Positions 1-12,868 of a DNA stretch of 64,000 bases are shown here, in pieces. The translations under genes and the position numbers were made by a program. The stretch lies in the NCBI GenBank assembly GCA_964234715.1, contig OZ174282.1; one strand, 5' to 3'. Within the stretch, counting starts at the first letter, position 1; each line of letters opens with the position of its first letter. The DNA comes from Podarcis melisellensis. Lineage: Eukaryota. Below the pieces are notes generated by a model that was not told the DNA's origin, ran no database searches, and was given only the letters and a program-made list of their open reading frames with translations.

Positions 1-1030
1 CAAGTTGTCATGAATTCATGGCAATAACCCTCTCTGCAATGCAGCAGTCTCCCATCGTGGAACTTCTTTCTTTCCTTATTGGGGTGGCTGTCCTCAACTT
101 ACTATGCTTCCTGCCTTGCTCTTGCCAATACTCTCCCCCCCCCCACAAGTTCTTTCTCCAACTCCAATCACAATGATCAAGATTATGTGCACTTGATCCT
201 TTGTTGTGATACACCTTGATCTGATTTGTCCTGCCTGCTGAAGGTGGTCTTGGTGTTTCATCTTAACTGGAACTTAGTTCTTTTTATCTTGTACCCAAAT
301 CCCAACTCAACAACTTCCTTACTAGGTCTGCATGACTATCAGATTTTCTATAAAGTAGCTTGCTTGCTGTCGCTGTCAGTAATCTGTTCACATTTGACAT
401 AGGAAGTAACTACATTCACAGCCTTGCAACCTTGCTTTCTGTGAAATGGTTACCCCTTTGATGTGCAAGTTTGAGTGGATGCTGTCGTTGAAAGGACTGT
501 ACTTAACATATTGTTTTCCTGACAGTGCCTTTCCCACCCTGAGGTAAGACAGCTTGCTAGTCTCCATATGTGGGACCACACACTGATCATGAAGAAGAAA
601 GATGGGTTGCTTATCTGTAACTGTAGCTCTTTGAGTGGTCATCTGTGCAGTCACACAGCTCACTTCTTTCTCCATCTGCTGATGCTCTTCTTTGGTCTCT
701 TTTGGGCAGCCACATCCTGCTGGCAAGCACCTTGGTAGCTGAGACAGGGCATCTTGCCAAAACCTTTCCGTGTCTTATCTCTACAAGTTTGGTTTGCAAA
801 GGCACACCAATCCATACATGTAACTGAACAGAGGACCACTCAAAGAACTACAGTGACAGGAAAGCGTCCTCTTTGAGCTCATAATATGAGTGAGACTTCA
901 TCATCATGAAATCTACTGAAATATTCCATGCTGCTTCTGTTCCCTTGGCATTGGATCTGTGATTATGAAATTAATACATTTTCCCTCCATTTTGTGTATT
1001 TATTTAATCAGTGTCTACTTTTTTCAACAG

Positions 1031-1155
1031 CTGACTTATCTCAGGTATGGCCAGAGGCAAATCAGCACTTTAGCAAAGAGATTGATGATGAAGCCAACAG
1101 CTATTTTCAGCGTATTTATAATCACCCACCGCATCCAACTATGTCTGTAGACGAG
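1031..1155 (+). CDS. CNOT1: CNOT1 exon ([10 protein letters not shown]...MSVDE)
   Basis: cag| at 1030, |gtgag at 1156; translation. Confidence 0.95.
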
Positions 1156-1969
1156 GTGAGCTGTGGGTAGTAATGGCATCTCTCTCAACTTGCCCTTCTT
1201 CCTTACTGTAGACTTTCTTTTCAGTCTTATGGAAAAATTGAGAAAGTAGGTACTTGCAACATTGCTTTTTGTTTGGTTGCAGTTTAAGGGAAATTTAAAT
1301 TGTAAAATTCCAAAATGTATGTCCATACAGTTGCAGACAACTTTTGTGCAAGTGAAATTGGATGTTTAAAGTTGGGTCCAGTGGAAAGATACTATTCTGA
1401 AAGTTTTGTCTGCTTGTTATATGTCACAGTGGGGAAAAGTTATACTTCACTTTAATTTGATTTGTGCCTCTGTTGGGTGAACACTTCTCCTGAGGGGAGG
1501 GGGTTGTTCCTAAATCAACAAAGTGCTACTTAGCAAAGAAAGCGGCAGTTGCTGAGCCTTAAATGTCTGGGTGACCCAGTACACTAAATTGGATCAAATT
1601 AGAGTTTCCCCTTTTAGAATGCGTTTTTGACCACATTATAGGCAATATTAGGACACACTATTTAATGTTTTGTGCTTACGGTGTTACAATCATCAGAATA
1701 TAAACATGCAAAACCTAGCATAATGACATAAACTTCAATGAATGGGGCCAGCTGCATGTAGCAAGTATTATTTGTTCTTAGTGTTCTGATTCAAGCATGT
1801 TAACTGGAGAAACCCTTTTGGCAAATAAGCAGAATAGAAATAAATAATACATGTGAGATTTTCCCTAGCAAAATTTTTCTGGTTTTCTCAGCGAACTTTA
1901 CTTTGTGTAGGTGCTCCAAGCTAAGCATAATAAATTGAGTCTCTTCATAACATTCTGATTTCTTTACAG

Positions 1970-2256
1970 GTGTTAGAAATGCTACAGAGGTTTAAGGACT
2001 CCAACATTAAACGAGAACGCGAAGTATTTAACTGTATGCTGAGGAACTTGTTTGAGGAATATCGGTTTTTTCCCCAGTACCCCGATAAAGAGCTGCACAT
2101 AACAGCCTGCCTCTTTGGTGGGATAATAGAGAAAGGACTGGTTACATATATGGCGCTGGGCCTGGCCTTGCGCTATGTTCTTGAAGCCTTACGAAAGCCT
2201 TTTACATCCAAAATGTACTATTTTGGTATTGCTGCACTAGATAGATTTAAAAATAG
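1970..2256 (+). CDS. CNOT1: CNOT1 exon ([10 protein letters not shown]...DRFKN)
   Basis: AG/GT boundaries; ORF track 1970..2260. Confidence 0.95.
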
Positions 2257-3984
2257 GTGAGTGTGTTTTTATAATATTTCCAAAATGCATGGGGGAATCT
2301 CATAACTATATGCCTACTTCAGCAATATATTTAGCTTTCCAATACAAGGTTGACAGTATATTGCAGTTATTGAACGTGTCTCACAGTAGAGGCATAAATT
2401 AAATAGAACCTTCGGCTAATAAAGGAAATGCAGATTTTAAAATAAATTAAAAGGAAGTAAATTACTTATAGTCTGAATCTGAATAGAAAATGCCTTAAAA
2501 TGGCTTTGAAAGTATCAGGTGGCATATATATTAATATTGCTATTGGGGGGGAAAGGAGAAAGCAAATCAGTGTTACTGGAAGTGAAGCTGCCTTGTAGAC
2601 TTACAAAGACTAGGAGCAATCCAGCTAAAGTTGAGCCCATTTTTGTCTCATTGGTATTAATGGGAGGAGCCTCTTTCCCACTGAAATAACTTTGACTGGA
2701 TTGTACTTTATACATCTGGGTCATGCAAGGTCACTCTCCCAAGATTCGTTACGATGGAAAGCTTAACTTAAATCCATTTTGCAAGGCAGTATTCATGGCC
2801 CTCTAGAAACAACTAGTGGGGGCCTCACTTACCAGATGCCAACATGTCAAAAGTGCTGGTAAGTAGCTACTTCTTTGTTGCACAGTAGAAACCAGTCTGA
2901 GTCCATTTCTCCTCTCCCCACAGCAGTGTGACCATTCCACATCCCAGTAGTCAGTTTCCTCTCTTCTTCCTTTCACACTACCTCTGTGTACTCCTCCATG
3001 CCACCCCTGTGAATCCTGTGGCAAGCACTCTGTGATTCTGCACCCTTCTATCTTTTTCAGACAGTTTGCATATTGTTCCTTATCTCCTGCATCTTTGGAG
3101 CAAGATACATAGCTTCCTACCCTTGTGGGAAAACTTCTCATGTTCAGGATAATTTCTGAAACCATAACTACTACAAGTTTTTAATGAAAGCTTGAGATTC
3201 GCAGAACTTTAGTACATCTTTGGAACATCAGTGCAATTTGGGGTTTTGTTTAATATCCCTACTGAGAGACTTTGTAATTTTTATCCATTATTGCTCTGTA
3301 CTGTTCTTCCATTCAGTGCTGTATATTTGAATTGGTTTCTTGTTCAGTAGAAATTTTCATTCAAAGACCTGTCATAGTTTTACAGCTATCTAGCTGATAA
3401 AATGAGAGAGCATAAGGATTCCTATCTTTAAACTATATCTAAGCAGACAGGTGTTCTAACAAACATATAGTTCTGAAATTGAAGTTAGCCTTCAAGACTG
3501 AGATTTCTTGACTTGTTTAGTTATCAAAACATTTTTATGCCTGAATTTTGCAAATTGGGTTCTGTACCTATATTAGCCTTAAATTGCAGAATGTTCTGCA
3601 TTAAAAACTGTTTCTGCATATAGAATGTTGTGGGGAGAGCTGCAGAAGAAAGAGGGCCAACAGGGTAGGGAATTCTAGAGGGGGTTAGAGGGGAGCAACA
3701 ACAAGCTGTGTATGTAGTAAATAGGAATATGTCTGCCATATGTCACTTGAGAAGACTGCTGTGGTTCTTCCAAAGATGTTATTGGGAACTATGAAAGCTA
3801 TATTGACAAATTGATTGTGCTATTAGCTACCCTTTTCTAAAAACCAATCTGTGGGGGTGGTCCATAAATGTGGATCTAAGTCTTACTGTTTGGTAGGTTG
3901 GCCCCTTTGCAATATGCAGTATTCTTGGAGGAGAAAGCCACCAATAGCTCCTAGGTTCCACAATGGCTATGTTCTGCCTCCATT

Positions 3985-4172
3985 TTTGGAGACAGTATGC
4001 CTCTGAATACAAGTTGCTGGGAACTTCATGTGGAGTGAGTGCTGTTGTGCTCAGATATTGCTTGTGGGCTTCCCATGGGCATCTAGATGGTCACTATGAA
4101 AACAAGAGTTCTTGACTAGATGGGCCTTTGCCTAATTCAGCAGGTTCTTCTTGTGTCTTTGTGCTTATGTCT
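3985..4172 (+). mobile_element. CR1-type LINE 3' end fragment
   Basis: Resembles the lizard CR1 3' UTR (gactagatgggcctttg...cagcagg...ttcttatg-like tail); reverse-complement relative of 47725-47955. Confidence 0.55.
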
Positions 4173-4359
4173 TGGCAGCATATAGTTGGAATCACTGGCT
4201 ACATCAGTAGCATTCATACTTTTGCTAACTAGCTTGCATCTGGTAGAACCGGAAATCTTTACTGCAGATCCAGTATCAGTTAAGCCAAAGATTTAACCAT
4301 TAATGTATTGATCAGGCCATTTGTTTTCTCCTACTAATGGATAGTTTTACTGTTGACAG

Positions 4360-4438
4360 ATTGAAGGACTATCCCCAGTATTGTCAGCACTTGGCTTCTA
4401 TTAGTCACTTTATACAGTTCCCTCATCACCTGCAGGAG
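4360..4438 (+). CDS. CNOT1: CNOT1 exon ([10 protein letters not shown]...HLQE)
   Basis: AG/GT boundaries; phase-compatible translation. Confidence 0.93.
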
Positions 4439-5550
4439 GTGAGTGTTAAAGACATGGACAGTGAGGGGTGGGGGAGGACATCGGAATTGAGTTAGGTGTA
4501 TTTGCATATTGAAAAACCTCAGCGTTCCATTAGTTTCATGCTTCAGGGTCCATTAAGTAAAAGGTACAAAAGGATCTGGAAAACTTGAGTTTGAGTAGCC
4601 CATGCATCTGAGAGGAGAGAAACAGGTTAATCTTAATGCATGTCCGCTTTTCCGTAAACCTCCTTTCAAGGAGACTTGTAGCCCTTTGCCACTGGAAGTG
4701 TTCATTTGACAATTACTTTAATCCTTGCCAAGCAGCTTCTTATATGGTTGGGTTGTACATGGTCTTTCCTAGCAAATAAATCCATACCGCTAGGCACAGC
4801 AGTCTGTCTGCCCAGACCTTCTGAAAGCAAACAAAACCAGGGACAGTGGAATTAGGATTCTGAAGGTCTGATCCAAAGGCTGTAGTCCAAACACTAAAAG
4901 CAATGTTGGTTTAGGATCTCTACGTTAGTAACACACCAATCAGTGGGGATTTCTATATTTTATATGCAGTATTGAATATTTACATGTGATTAATAACACT
5001 GAAAGTCTTACCAATTGTAGTTCTTACACCTTTGCTTCAGAAAAGACAGCATTAGTCTCTTAGTTGTAACATCGTGTGTCATCTGTGGAAATGGGCTTGA
5101 TCAGTGGTTGCAGGAAATTTGTTGTCCTTATCTAGACTATAGGATTTGGAATATTTCTACCCCTGGATTACAGTACTTCACTGTTTACTACTTTTTGCTC
5201 TCATTGAAGTCTGCAAGGAAGGCTTACCCTCCCTTTCAGAATCAGGGCACATCTTGGATCTAGTTCCTTCTACTTCTGCTCCCACAGTATGGGAGAAAGA
5301 GGATGGAGTGGGAAATCCAGGGTTAACATTGGAATTGCTAATTGATCCAAGACAAAAAGGAAACTTCTAAAATATGTAAAATGTCTTTTGTTGCTGATTT
5401 CAGGCCATTTATGGAGTTTCATTTGTGCCACAAACTTCAAGGCCAAGAGTTTGGGGAGTAGTTCTAGAAGGCAGTTGTAAGATTTGTTACATACCTGTGG
5501 TTGTACAGTATGTTGAGTTTTAAGAGCTATATACTTCTTGTCTGTTACAG

Positions 5551-5781
5551 TACATTGAATATGGACAGCAGTCTAGAGATCCTCCTGTGAAGATGCAGGG
5601 GTCAATCACCACCCCTGGAAGTATTGCACTTGCCCAGGCCCAGGCCCAGGCTCAGGTTCCGGCAAAAACTCCTCTTGCTGGTCAAGTTAGCACTATAGTC
5701 ACCACCTCTACTACCACTACTACTGTGGCAAAGACTACAATCACTCCAGTGGGTCGAGTCAGCTTCAAGAAGGATGTGCCA
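5551..5781 (+). CDS. CNOT1: CNOT1 exon ([10 protein letters not shown]...KKDVP)
   Basis: AG/GT boundaries; translation. Confidence 0.94.
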
Positions 5782-6439
5782 GTAAGTACATGAGCCATTT
5801 TACGGGAGGAAGTAGAATGAGATTACGAATGCATCAGTTCTTAGGAGTAAAACAAGGAAGATAAACCCCATCTAATGTTCATAGCATAAACATATCACAT
5901 GCAAAACCTCTTATACTTTAACCGCAGTTACACTGTTTTTCTTGTATGCCTAGTCTGGATAATTACCTGGCCAGTTTTGTTTTTTCTGTTGTTTTGCTAT
6001 TAAATATCAAGCAGTTGTTTCCTTCCCTGTGTTGGCGTTAGCTGCTTCTCCTGCTTTCTATTCTCACTCTTAGTTCTTCCAAACTGTTTTCAGTGGGCCA
6101 GTTTCATCTAAGAAATCCTGCTGGGTTTCCGTTTCTGGCTGTTGTTTCTTGTACCATGAATTTCCACTTTGTTTAATGAAGTCATTTTTTTCTTTCACTA
6201 TTCTGTTGCCCATGTGAGCAAAAATCTTACTCCTCATGTCTTATAGATTCCCAAGCTTAACTCCTATCATTCACTAACACATAAATAAATGTACACTCCT
6301 TTTAGCATGTATAACTGTTGTCTCCCTTTTGTAACTGTATTGTGAAATATTGTTTATGCTATAGCATAAGTCCATGGTGGTCTGTTGTATCTTTAAATGA
6401 ATCAACTCACTTCTTCAAATCATTTTTCTTGTTCTGCAG

Positions 6440-6580
6440 CCTTCTATTAATACAACCAACATTGACACCCTGTTAGTAGCCACAGATCAAACAGAGAGAA
6501 TTGTTGAACCCCCTGAAAACGTGCAGGAAAAAATTGCTTTTATCTTCAACAACCTGTCGCAATCCAACATGACTCAGAAG
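6440..6580 (+). CDS. CNOT1: CNOT1 exon ([10 protein letters not shown]...NMTQK), GC donor
   Basis: cag| at 6439; AAG|gcaagt donor at 6581. Confidence 0.92.
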
Positions 6581-7139
6581 GCAAGTGTCGCACAACATTT
6601 TAGTCCTGATAATTTATGTTCCTTGAGTGATTCTTATACATGTAGAGAACTATCTAGAATTATGCCTGTGTATGCATGCCAAAGGTTCTTTTAATTAGCA
6701 GCCTTCCAAAATTTTAGAATTGTAAACATAAAATAAATATAATGAATTAACATAGAATAAGTAAAATCTAAAATAATTTTGGGATAGTCTTTTGTGCCTT
6801 TGGTAGTCCTTTAGCTGCTCATATATTGGGAAAATGTGATCAGATTTGTCTACTAAAAGGTCAAAAACTCCTTATCTGCTGCCAAATTTCTTCAGGGTCA
6901 TTTTATCATCTGCAACTGATACTACTTAACGGAAAAGAGGCATTGCGTACACATTTATTCTATCAGGTCTCTGTATTGCATAATTGGCTCTCCATATTCC
7001 TAATTGAACATAAAAAGTAATGTTGGGTGCCAGACTCGGCTTACCTTAATCATTTTTTACTTGATGTAAGTTTCTTTTCATTTATGGCTTCCAAACCATG
7101 GAAGAAGCCTAGCAAAATAACGCTTTGGCACTCCTTACA

Positions 7140-7232
7140 ATGTTTTAATATATGCTGTAAGCCACCCAGAGTAGCTGAGGAAACCCAGCCAGATGGGTGG
7201 GATATAAATAATAAAATCATTATTATTATTAA
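7140..7232 (+). mobile_element. LINE (L2/CR1-group) 3' tail fragment
   Basis: tgctgtaagccacccagagtagctgaggaaacccagccagatgggtgggatataaataataaa followed by an (att)n tail. Confidence 0.5.
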
Positions 7233-7557
7233 TCAAGAGACGTATTATGCAAATCTATTTTATTTGCATGATTTCTAGAGATCTCTGAATTCTGATTTTC
7301 TTGGCTTACAATATTTCTAGCTCAGAGTCCACATAGCATTGTTCACGATGAGTTAGCAGGAGAGGAAGAAATAAATGGCTTTACAGTAGGAAAGAAATGG
7401 TTAATTGAAGTAAGCAAATCAATTAGTGGTGTGGTACTAGTTAGGTTGCAAGTCTTGGTAATTGAATATTTTCACTGGAACGAATGCCTGTGAGTGTCAT
7501 GAACATTATGTATGTTTCATTGATCCATTTCCCTTTAACACATGTTTATGGAGCCAG

Positions 7558-7737
7558 GTTGAGGAACTGAAAGAAACAGTGAAAGAGGAGTTCATGCCTT
7601 GGGTTTCACAATACCTTGTGATGAAGAGAGTTAGTATTGAGCCAAACTTCCACAGCCTTTATTCAAACTTCCTTGACACACTTAAGAATCCAGAATTCAA
7701 CAAAATGGTTCTCAACGAAACCTACAGAAATATCAAG
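7558..7737 (+). CDS. CNOT1: CNOT1 exon ([10 protein letters not shown]...YRNIK)
   Basis: AG/GT boundaries; translation (MIF4G domain region). Confidence 0.94.
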
Positions 7738-7878
7738 GTGAGTGTTCCCAGTTGCTTTTTTGTGTGACATGAATGTTAACTGAAAAATATTTGCTTTCAG
7801 GGCACAGAGGCACTGCAAAAGCAAAAATAAAATAAAAAAATTACTTTCGCCCATGTATACCACCACCTTCATAAGATT

Positions 7879-7905
7879 ATGCTGCTGCTGCTGCTGCTGC
7901 TGCTG
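7879..7905. repeat. (GCT)n microsatellite
   Basis: Seen directly. Confidence 0.9.
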
Positions 7906-8522
7906 TAATAAAACAATGAACAGAGTTAGATGCTGCTATTTTGAAAATTAATTGAACTTGATCATCAAAGTAATGTGTTGATTGCTGTTTCTGTGCTACA
8001 GATGGGCCCCAGAGCATTGTTTCCTGTTGTCCTTCAGGGACCCAAACAATTAACTCCCATATAAGTAGTTTGCCTTTCTAGGAGAAGTGATCTCCTGAGC
8101 AAGATCACAGAGAGGAAAGTACTCCACATCATTTTGCTGTTTTCAGTTTGTTAAATTGATTTTTCTGCTTTTACAGCTCATGTTGTGTTTTATTCTGTTT
8201 TTACGTTGTGTACTGCTTTCTATGACTTTATGCCTTGAAGCAGTCTATAAACTAGTTTAATAATGACATATACAGGCTATATTATAAGCATTTTATCACA
8301 TATATGTTTTAATATATTTCTGAGATTGTTTATTTGCTTCTTTCCTTTTCTTTTTTTGCTTTATAGCTATAGGCTGTATTTGGTTGACCAATAAAATTTG
8401 TTGTTTGTTTTTTGAAATAACATTAGTCTAATTCTACAAGAAGATGGTTAATGCATTTTCATGGATTTACCATGGTTTCCTGTTAACTAAGATTTCATCT
8501 CTCTGGGGAAAAAATCCTTCAG

Positions 8523-8639
8523 GTGCTACTCACATCAGATAAAGCTGCTGCCAACTTTTCGGACCGGTCCTTGCTGAAGAACCTGGGTCACTGGCTGGGG
8601 ATGATCACACTGGCTAAAAACAAACCCATCTTGCACACG
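8523..8639 (+). CDS. CNOT1: CNOT1 exon ([10 protein letters not shown]...PILHT)
   Basis: AG/GT boundaries; translation. Confidence 0.94.
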
Positions 8640-8838
8640 GTGAGACTGGGTGGAGGAGAAAAACATAAACTGGCTTTAAGGCTAGAAACTTTAGTGCATG
8701 CTTAAATCAGCTCAGTTTTTGGTGCCTTTTTATAATTAGGGGGGAAAGTTATGTAGAAAATTTACAAAAGAAAGGAATCTGATTTGTGGGTGTGAGACTG
8801 CCCATTGCTGGGTTTAATTTATACTCCTTTTATTTTAG

Positions 8839-8949
8839 GACTTGGATGTGAAATCCTTACTGCTGGAGGCTTATGTTAAGGGACAGCAAGAACTTCTGTA
8901 TGTCGTGCCATTTGTTGCCAAAGTTTTGGAATCCAGTGTGAGAAGTGTG
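8839..8949 (+). CDS. CNOT1: CNOT1 exon ([10 protein letters not shown]...SVRSV)
   Basis: AG/GT boundaries; translation. Confidence 0.94.
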
Positions 8950-9368
8950 GTAAGTATGCTGTACAGTGTCCTGTGACAAACAAGTAGACGGGATTGGTCC
9001 AAGACCCTTGGCAGCCTAAGCGAAAGCACAGGACAGTGCTCCTCACGTTGAACAGAGAGAATACAACTGGACTTTCAGATGAATCTTAGTTTAGTACTAG
9101 GGACAGGGGTTTTGGTTTTTGCTACTCCTTGACTGGCAAGCGTGGGCAGGGAAGTAGGTGGACAGAGATGATGACACTTGCGGAATCTTGCATATATTTT
9201 GTGTCATGTGTGTTAGTTCAAAGCAGAGGTGGGACCCTGTGGTTAGTGTTGATGATAGCTGGCAGCCATCGGCATCTGGGTTCTCCTCCTTGGAGAGGAG
9301 AACTGGGTTCTCCTCCTTGGCTTAAAGTTTACAGCCTCGAGTTTCCATTGTTTTGCTAACACCATTTA

Positions 9369-9628
9369 CCGTATTTTTTGCTCTATAAGACTCACTTTTC
9401 CCTTCCTAAAAAGTAAGGGGAAATGTGTGTTGCGTCTTATGGAGTGAATGTAGGCTGCGCAGCTATCCCAGAAGCCAGAACAGTAAGAGGGATTGCTGCT
9501 TTCACTGCACAGCGATCCCTCTTGCTGTTCTGGCTTCTGAGATTCAGAATATATTTTTTCTTGTTTTCCTCCTCCAAAAACTAGGTGCGTCTTGTGGTCT
9601 GGTGTGTCTTATAGAGCGAAAAATACAG
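9369..9628. mobile_element. Tc1/mariner-pogo-type MITE
   Basis: TIRs ccgtattttttgctctataagac / gtcttatagagcgaaaaatacag flanked by TA target-site duplication. Confidence 0.8.
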
Positions 9629-9694
9629 TAAATGATGTTCTAGCCCCCTTTTTGAAACAGGACTGTTAACTTTATCATCCCACTCTTTTTGTAG

Positions 9695-9772
9695 GTTTTT
9701 CGGCCTCCAAATCCTTGGACCATGGCTATTATGAATGTACTAGCAGAGCTGCACCAGGAACATGACTTAAAA
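9695..9772 (+). CDS. CNOT1: CNOT1 exon ([10 protein letters not shown]...HDLK)
   Basis: AG/GT boundaries; conserved PPNPW motif. Confidence 0.94.
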
Positions 9773-10054
9773 GTAAGTTTCAGTTTGCTGCTTTGAACTC
9801 CTCAGCATTGCTTTGTTTTTGAACAACTTGTTACAATACATCTGTTTAAAGATTTGAGCTTAGCTAGTGAGCTGTAGCCAGTTTAATGAGAATAGACTTT
9901 TTCCAGAAAATTACACATGTTCCAATGGTTTTCTCCTCATTCAAAATATTTGCCTTGAAGCATGTAGCTCTTCAGAACTTCTTAAGATTTATTTAGCAGG
10001 TATACATAACTAATAATTACATTATTAAACCTGAAATCATTAAATACTGTACAG

Positions 10055-10232
10055 CTGAATCTGAAGTTTGAAATTGAAGTGCTCTGCAAGAACCTTGCCC
10101 TTGACATCAGTGAACTGAAACCTGGGAACCTCCTAAAAGACAAAGATCGATTGAAAAGTTTGGATGAACAGCTGTCTGCTCCAAAGAAAGATGTAAAACA
10201 ACCAGAAGACCTTCCACCAATTACGACCACTA
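10055..10232 (+). CDS. CNOT1: CNOT1 exon ([10 protein letters not shown]...PITTT)
   Basis: AG/GT boundaries; translation. Confidence 0.94.
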
Positions 10233-10708
10233 GTAAGTGTCAATTATGATTCGAACAATCATCCTTGTATCATACAAATATAGCCTGCACCTCACAGGGC
10301 AGTTAGTAAGGGATCTTCTTTCTATTATCTGTTCTCTCTTACTCTTAATATTATTAACACTACAACTGTTTTAGCAAACTTGAAGACAGGGAATTCAGTT
10401 TAGTCCTGGGTAGAGTAACCTTTCACAAGATACCCTCCCACCTCCTGGTAATAGGAATACTACAGTAAATTCTAGTACTCATTCTACCTGAGCAGTCCAC
10501 CTAATTCCAGATTGCTTTTCAAGTGACATCTCTGATATCAAAGATAATAGCGTTGTCAGACTTATCAGCATGACTTTAGACCTGAGCAAACACTGTCATA
10601 TTGGTTGCCAAAATTCTTTTGTTTCCTATAAAACAAGTTTGTAGTATTGAATCTATGTTAGGACATAATCTGAAAACTTTTCTCCCTTTTGCTCTTGTAT
10701 TTTCTCAG

Positions 10709-10839
10709 CTGCTTCTACAACACCAGCTACCAGCACCACTTGCACAGCTACTGTTCCCCCACAACCACAGTACAGTTACCATGACATCAATGTTTACTCC
10801 CTGGGAGGGCTAGCTCCACACATTACGCTCAATCCAACG
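10709..10839 (+). CDS. CNOT1: CNOT1 exon ([10 protein letters not shown]...TLNPT)
   Basis: AG/GT boundaries; translation. Confidence 0.92.
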
Positions 10840-10964
10840 GTAAGCTTTTAGACCTGGTCACTTTGAGAAGACTTCCACCTTTAGGTTGGAAGGGATAATT
10901 TTATGCTTTCTTTCAGTGGTGTATAAAAAATTGACATTGACTCTTGGTTGTTTTGCCTTCTCAG

Positions 10965-11261
10965 ATTCCATTGTTCCAGGCCCATCCACAGTTGAAGCAG
11001 TGTGTGCGCCAAGCCATAGAGCGTGCAGTCCAAGAACTTGTACATCCTGTGGTGGATCGGTCCATTAAAATTGCCATGACTACGTGTGAGCAGATAGTGA
11101 GGAAGGATTTTGCACTAGATTCAGAAGAGTCGCGCATGCGTGTAGCGGCACATCACATGATGAGGAATTTGACTGCTGGTATGGCTATGATCACCTGTAG
11201 GGAGCCTTTGTTGATGAGCATAGCTACCAACCTGAAGAACAGCTTTGCCACTGCATTGCGG
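10965..11261 (+). CDS. CNOT1: CNOT1 exon ([10 protein letters not shown]...ATALR)
   Basis: AG/GT boundaries; ORF track 10944..11297. Confidence 0.95.
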
Positions 11262-12868
11262 GTATGTTTGCAGTTTATAAGAGACTTTTTTTTTTGAAGC
11301 AGAATAAGTTAAACCCATGTTTTGTGGCAATGCATTCTAGCAAGATTTGGCAGTACTCTGTTTCTCTGCAGGTAGGAGTTAGTTTCATGATGTATCTTAA
11401 TGCCCTGCTCAGATTCAATAGTATAGAAAGGTGATGAGAATGCGGACCGAACTAGATTTGAAGTGAGATGTGTCTGCATTTAACCTACATGTTTTTAAAA
11501 ATGCAAATAGGATTAAAAGAGAATTTTTTTGTCAGCTGGGAAGGAAAGGATTCGCGCCTTCTGCAGTCCTGATAATTATTATTGCCTCCCCTCAGCAGCT
11601 GTTGTTTGCATCCTGAGCTATGAATTGTGCGTTGAAGATTTCTGAAGACCACGTCTCATCCATTACCATTTTCCATTGATTGAAATTAATAACCCATTGT
11701 TAAATCCAGTCTCAAGTTGTCTTCTTTGTTGTTCTTTACCTTTGCTGTATTTTATCCACCGGGGGGGGGGGAATCCATTATTCAATAAAATAACAGTGGA
11801 TAGGGATATTGTCAGTGGATATTGTTTTTGCAGCTGGCTTGTTATTAAACTAACCATCGTTAGTGTTAAACCACAATTCCAGGTTCAGATGAAACAGGAA
11901 CCTGTGATCAACTAAAAAAGGAAGGGAAAACTTTTGCACTTCTTTTCAGCCATGCAAGAGGAGGGGAGGAGTGATGGGACAAGGGCATGGCTAGCAGGCT
12001 CATTCACATTTTGTTAAACTGTAGTTTAGACTTTTGGCCAGTAAGTAGACTTTAGCATTTGCTTTAGTTCATCTGTGAAACAATTCTGCTTGACTTTCTG
12101 AACACTTGCTCTGTGGCCCATGGTTGATGCAGCAACAACTTGCAAATAAAGGCTACAGAAGCAAGTGAAGTTTACAACGAACACACACAGCCTTGCAGCT
12201 GTAACTGCGCTAGTTCTTCGTGGAGTGAATCTTCTTGTGTTCAATTTTCTTGGCATTATAACAGGCATGAGAATGCCCGTTTTGATATTGAGGCTGAATA
12301 AAACCTTGCAGCACTAAGGAATGGTATGAGTAATGGCTTTACGAGAGTCTTGCCATTAGCAGATAAGAATTCTGTTGATTTGTCAGACAGCATTAATCAA
12401 GATAATTTTTCCTGATTTGTAGAAGAAACAAGAAGAAATAAGGGCAGCCTGTTACTGAAGGATCTTTTAGTAAAGATCTTTTGCTGTGGTTTAGTAAAGC
12501 CATTAGTTCCAGTACATTGGTTTTTGCATTTGTGTATACTAATGAGGGAAAATATCCCATTACTGCATTTAGAGGGCACCTATTGATAAGTGAGTTCAGT
12601 CCTATGCCTGGAACTTATTTCAGAAAAAAGCACATAAATAGAATTGCACTAGAAGTATGTAATGTGGGGCACATGCTAATTATTTGGCAGATTTTTCCCC
12701 TTTTGTTTATATGTAGATTTTGAATGAAGCATTTAATTTGCTTGATGGTTTACTTTATGCTAACTCCATACAAAGCGATGCCATATTTATGAACATCTGT
12801 AACTGACTTTATGAGTATTTGCTCATTTTGGGCATAGTCCTTTTTTAATGGCTTGCTTTTTAAAATAG

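Noticed and set aside
6300-6372. SNORA50-like guide halves (ATAACT ... TTTA)
   Set aside because: No upper stem, no 5' hairpin with CTTTGA/CAAGCA and no proper ACA; likely chance
12325-12433. H/ACA-like pattern (taatggc/gccatta, AGATAA, ACA)
   Set aside because: 5' hairpin too short, 3' stem weak, pocket spacing wrong
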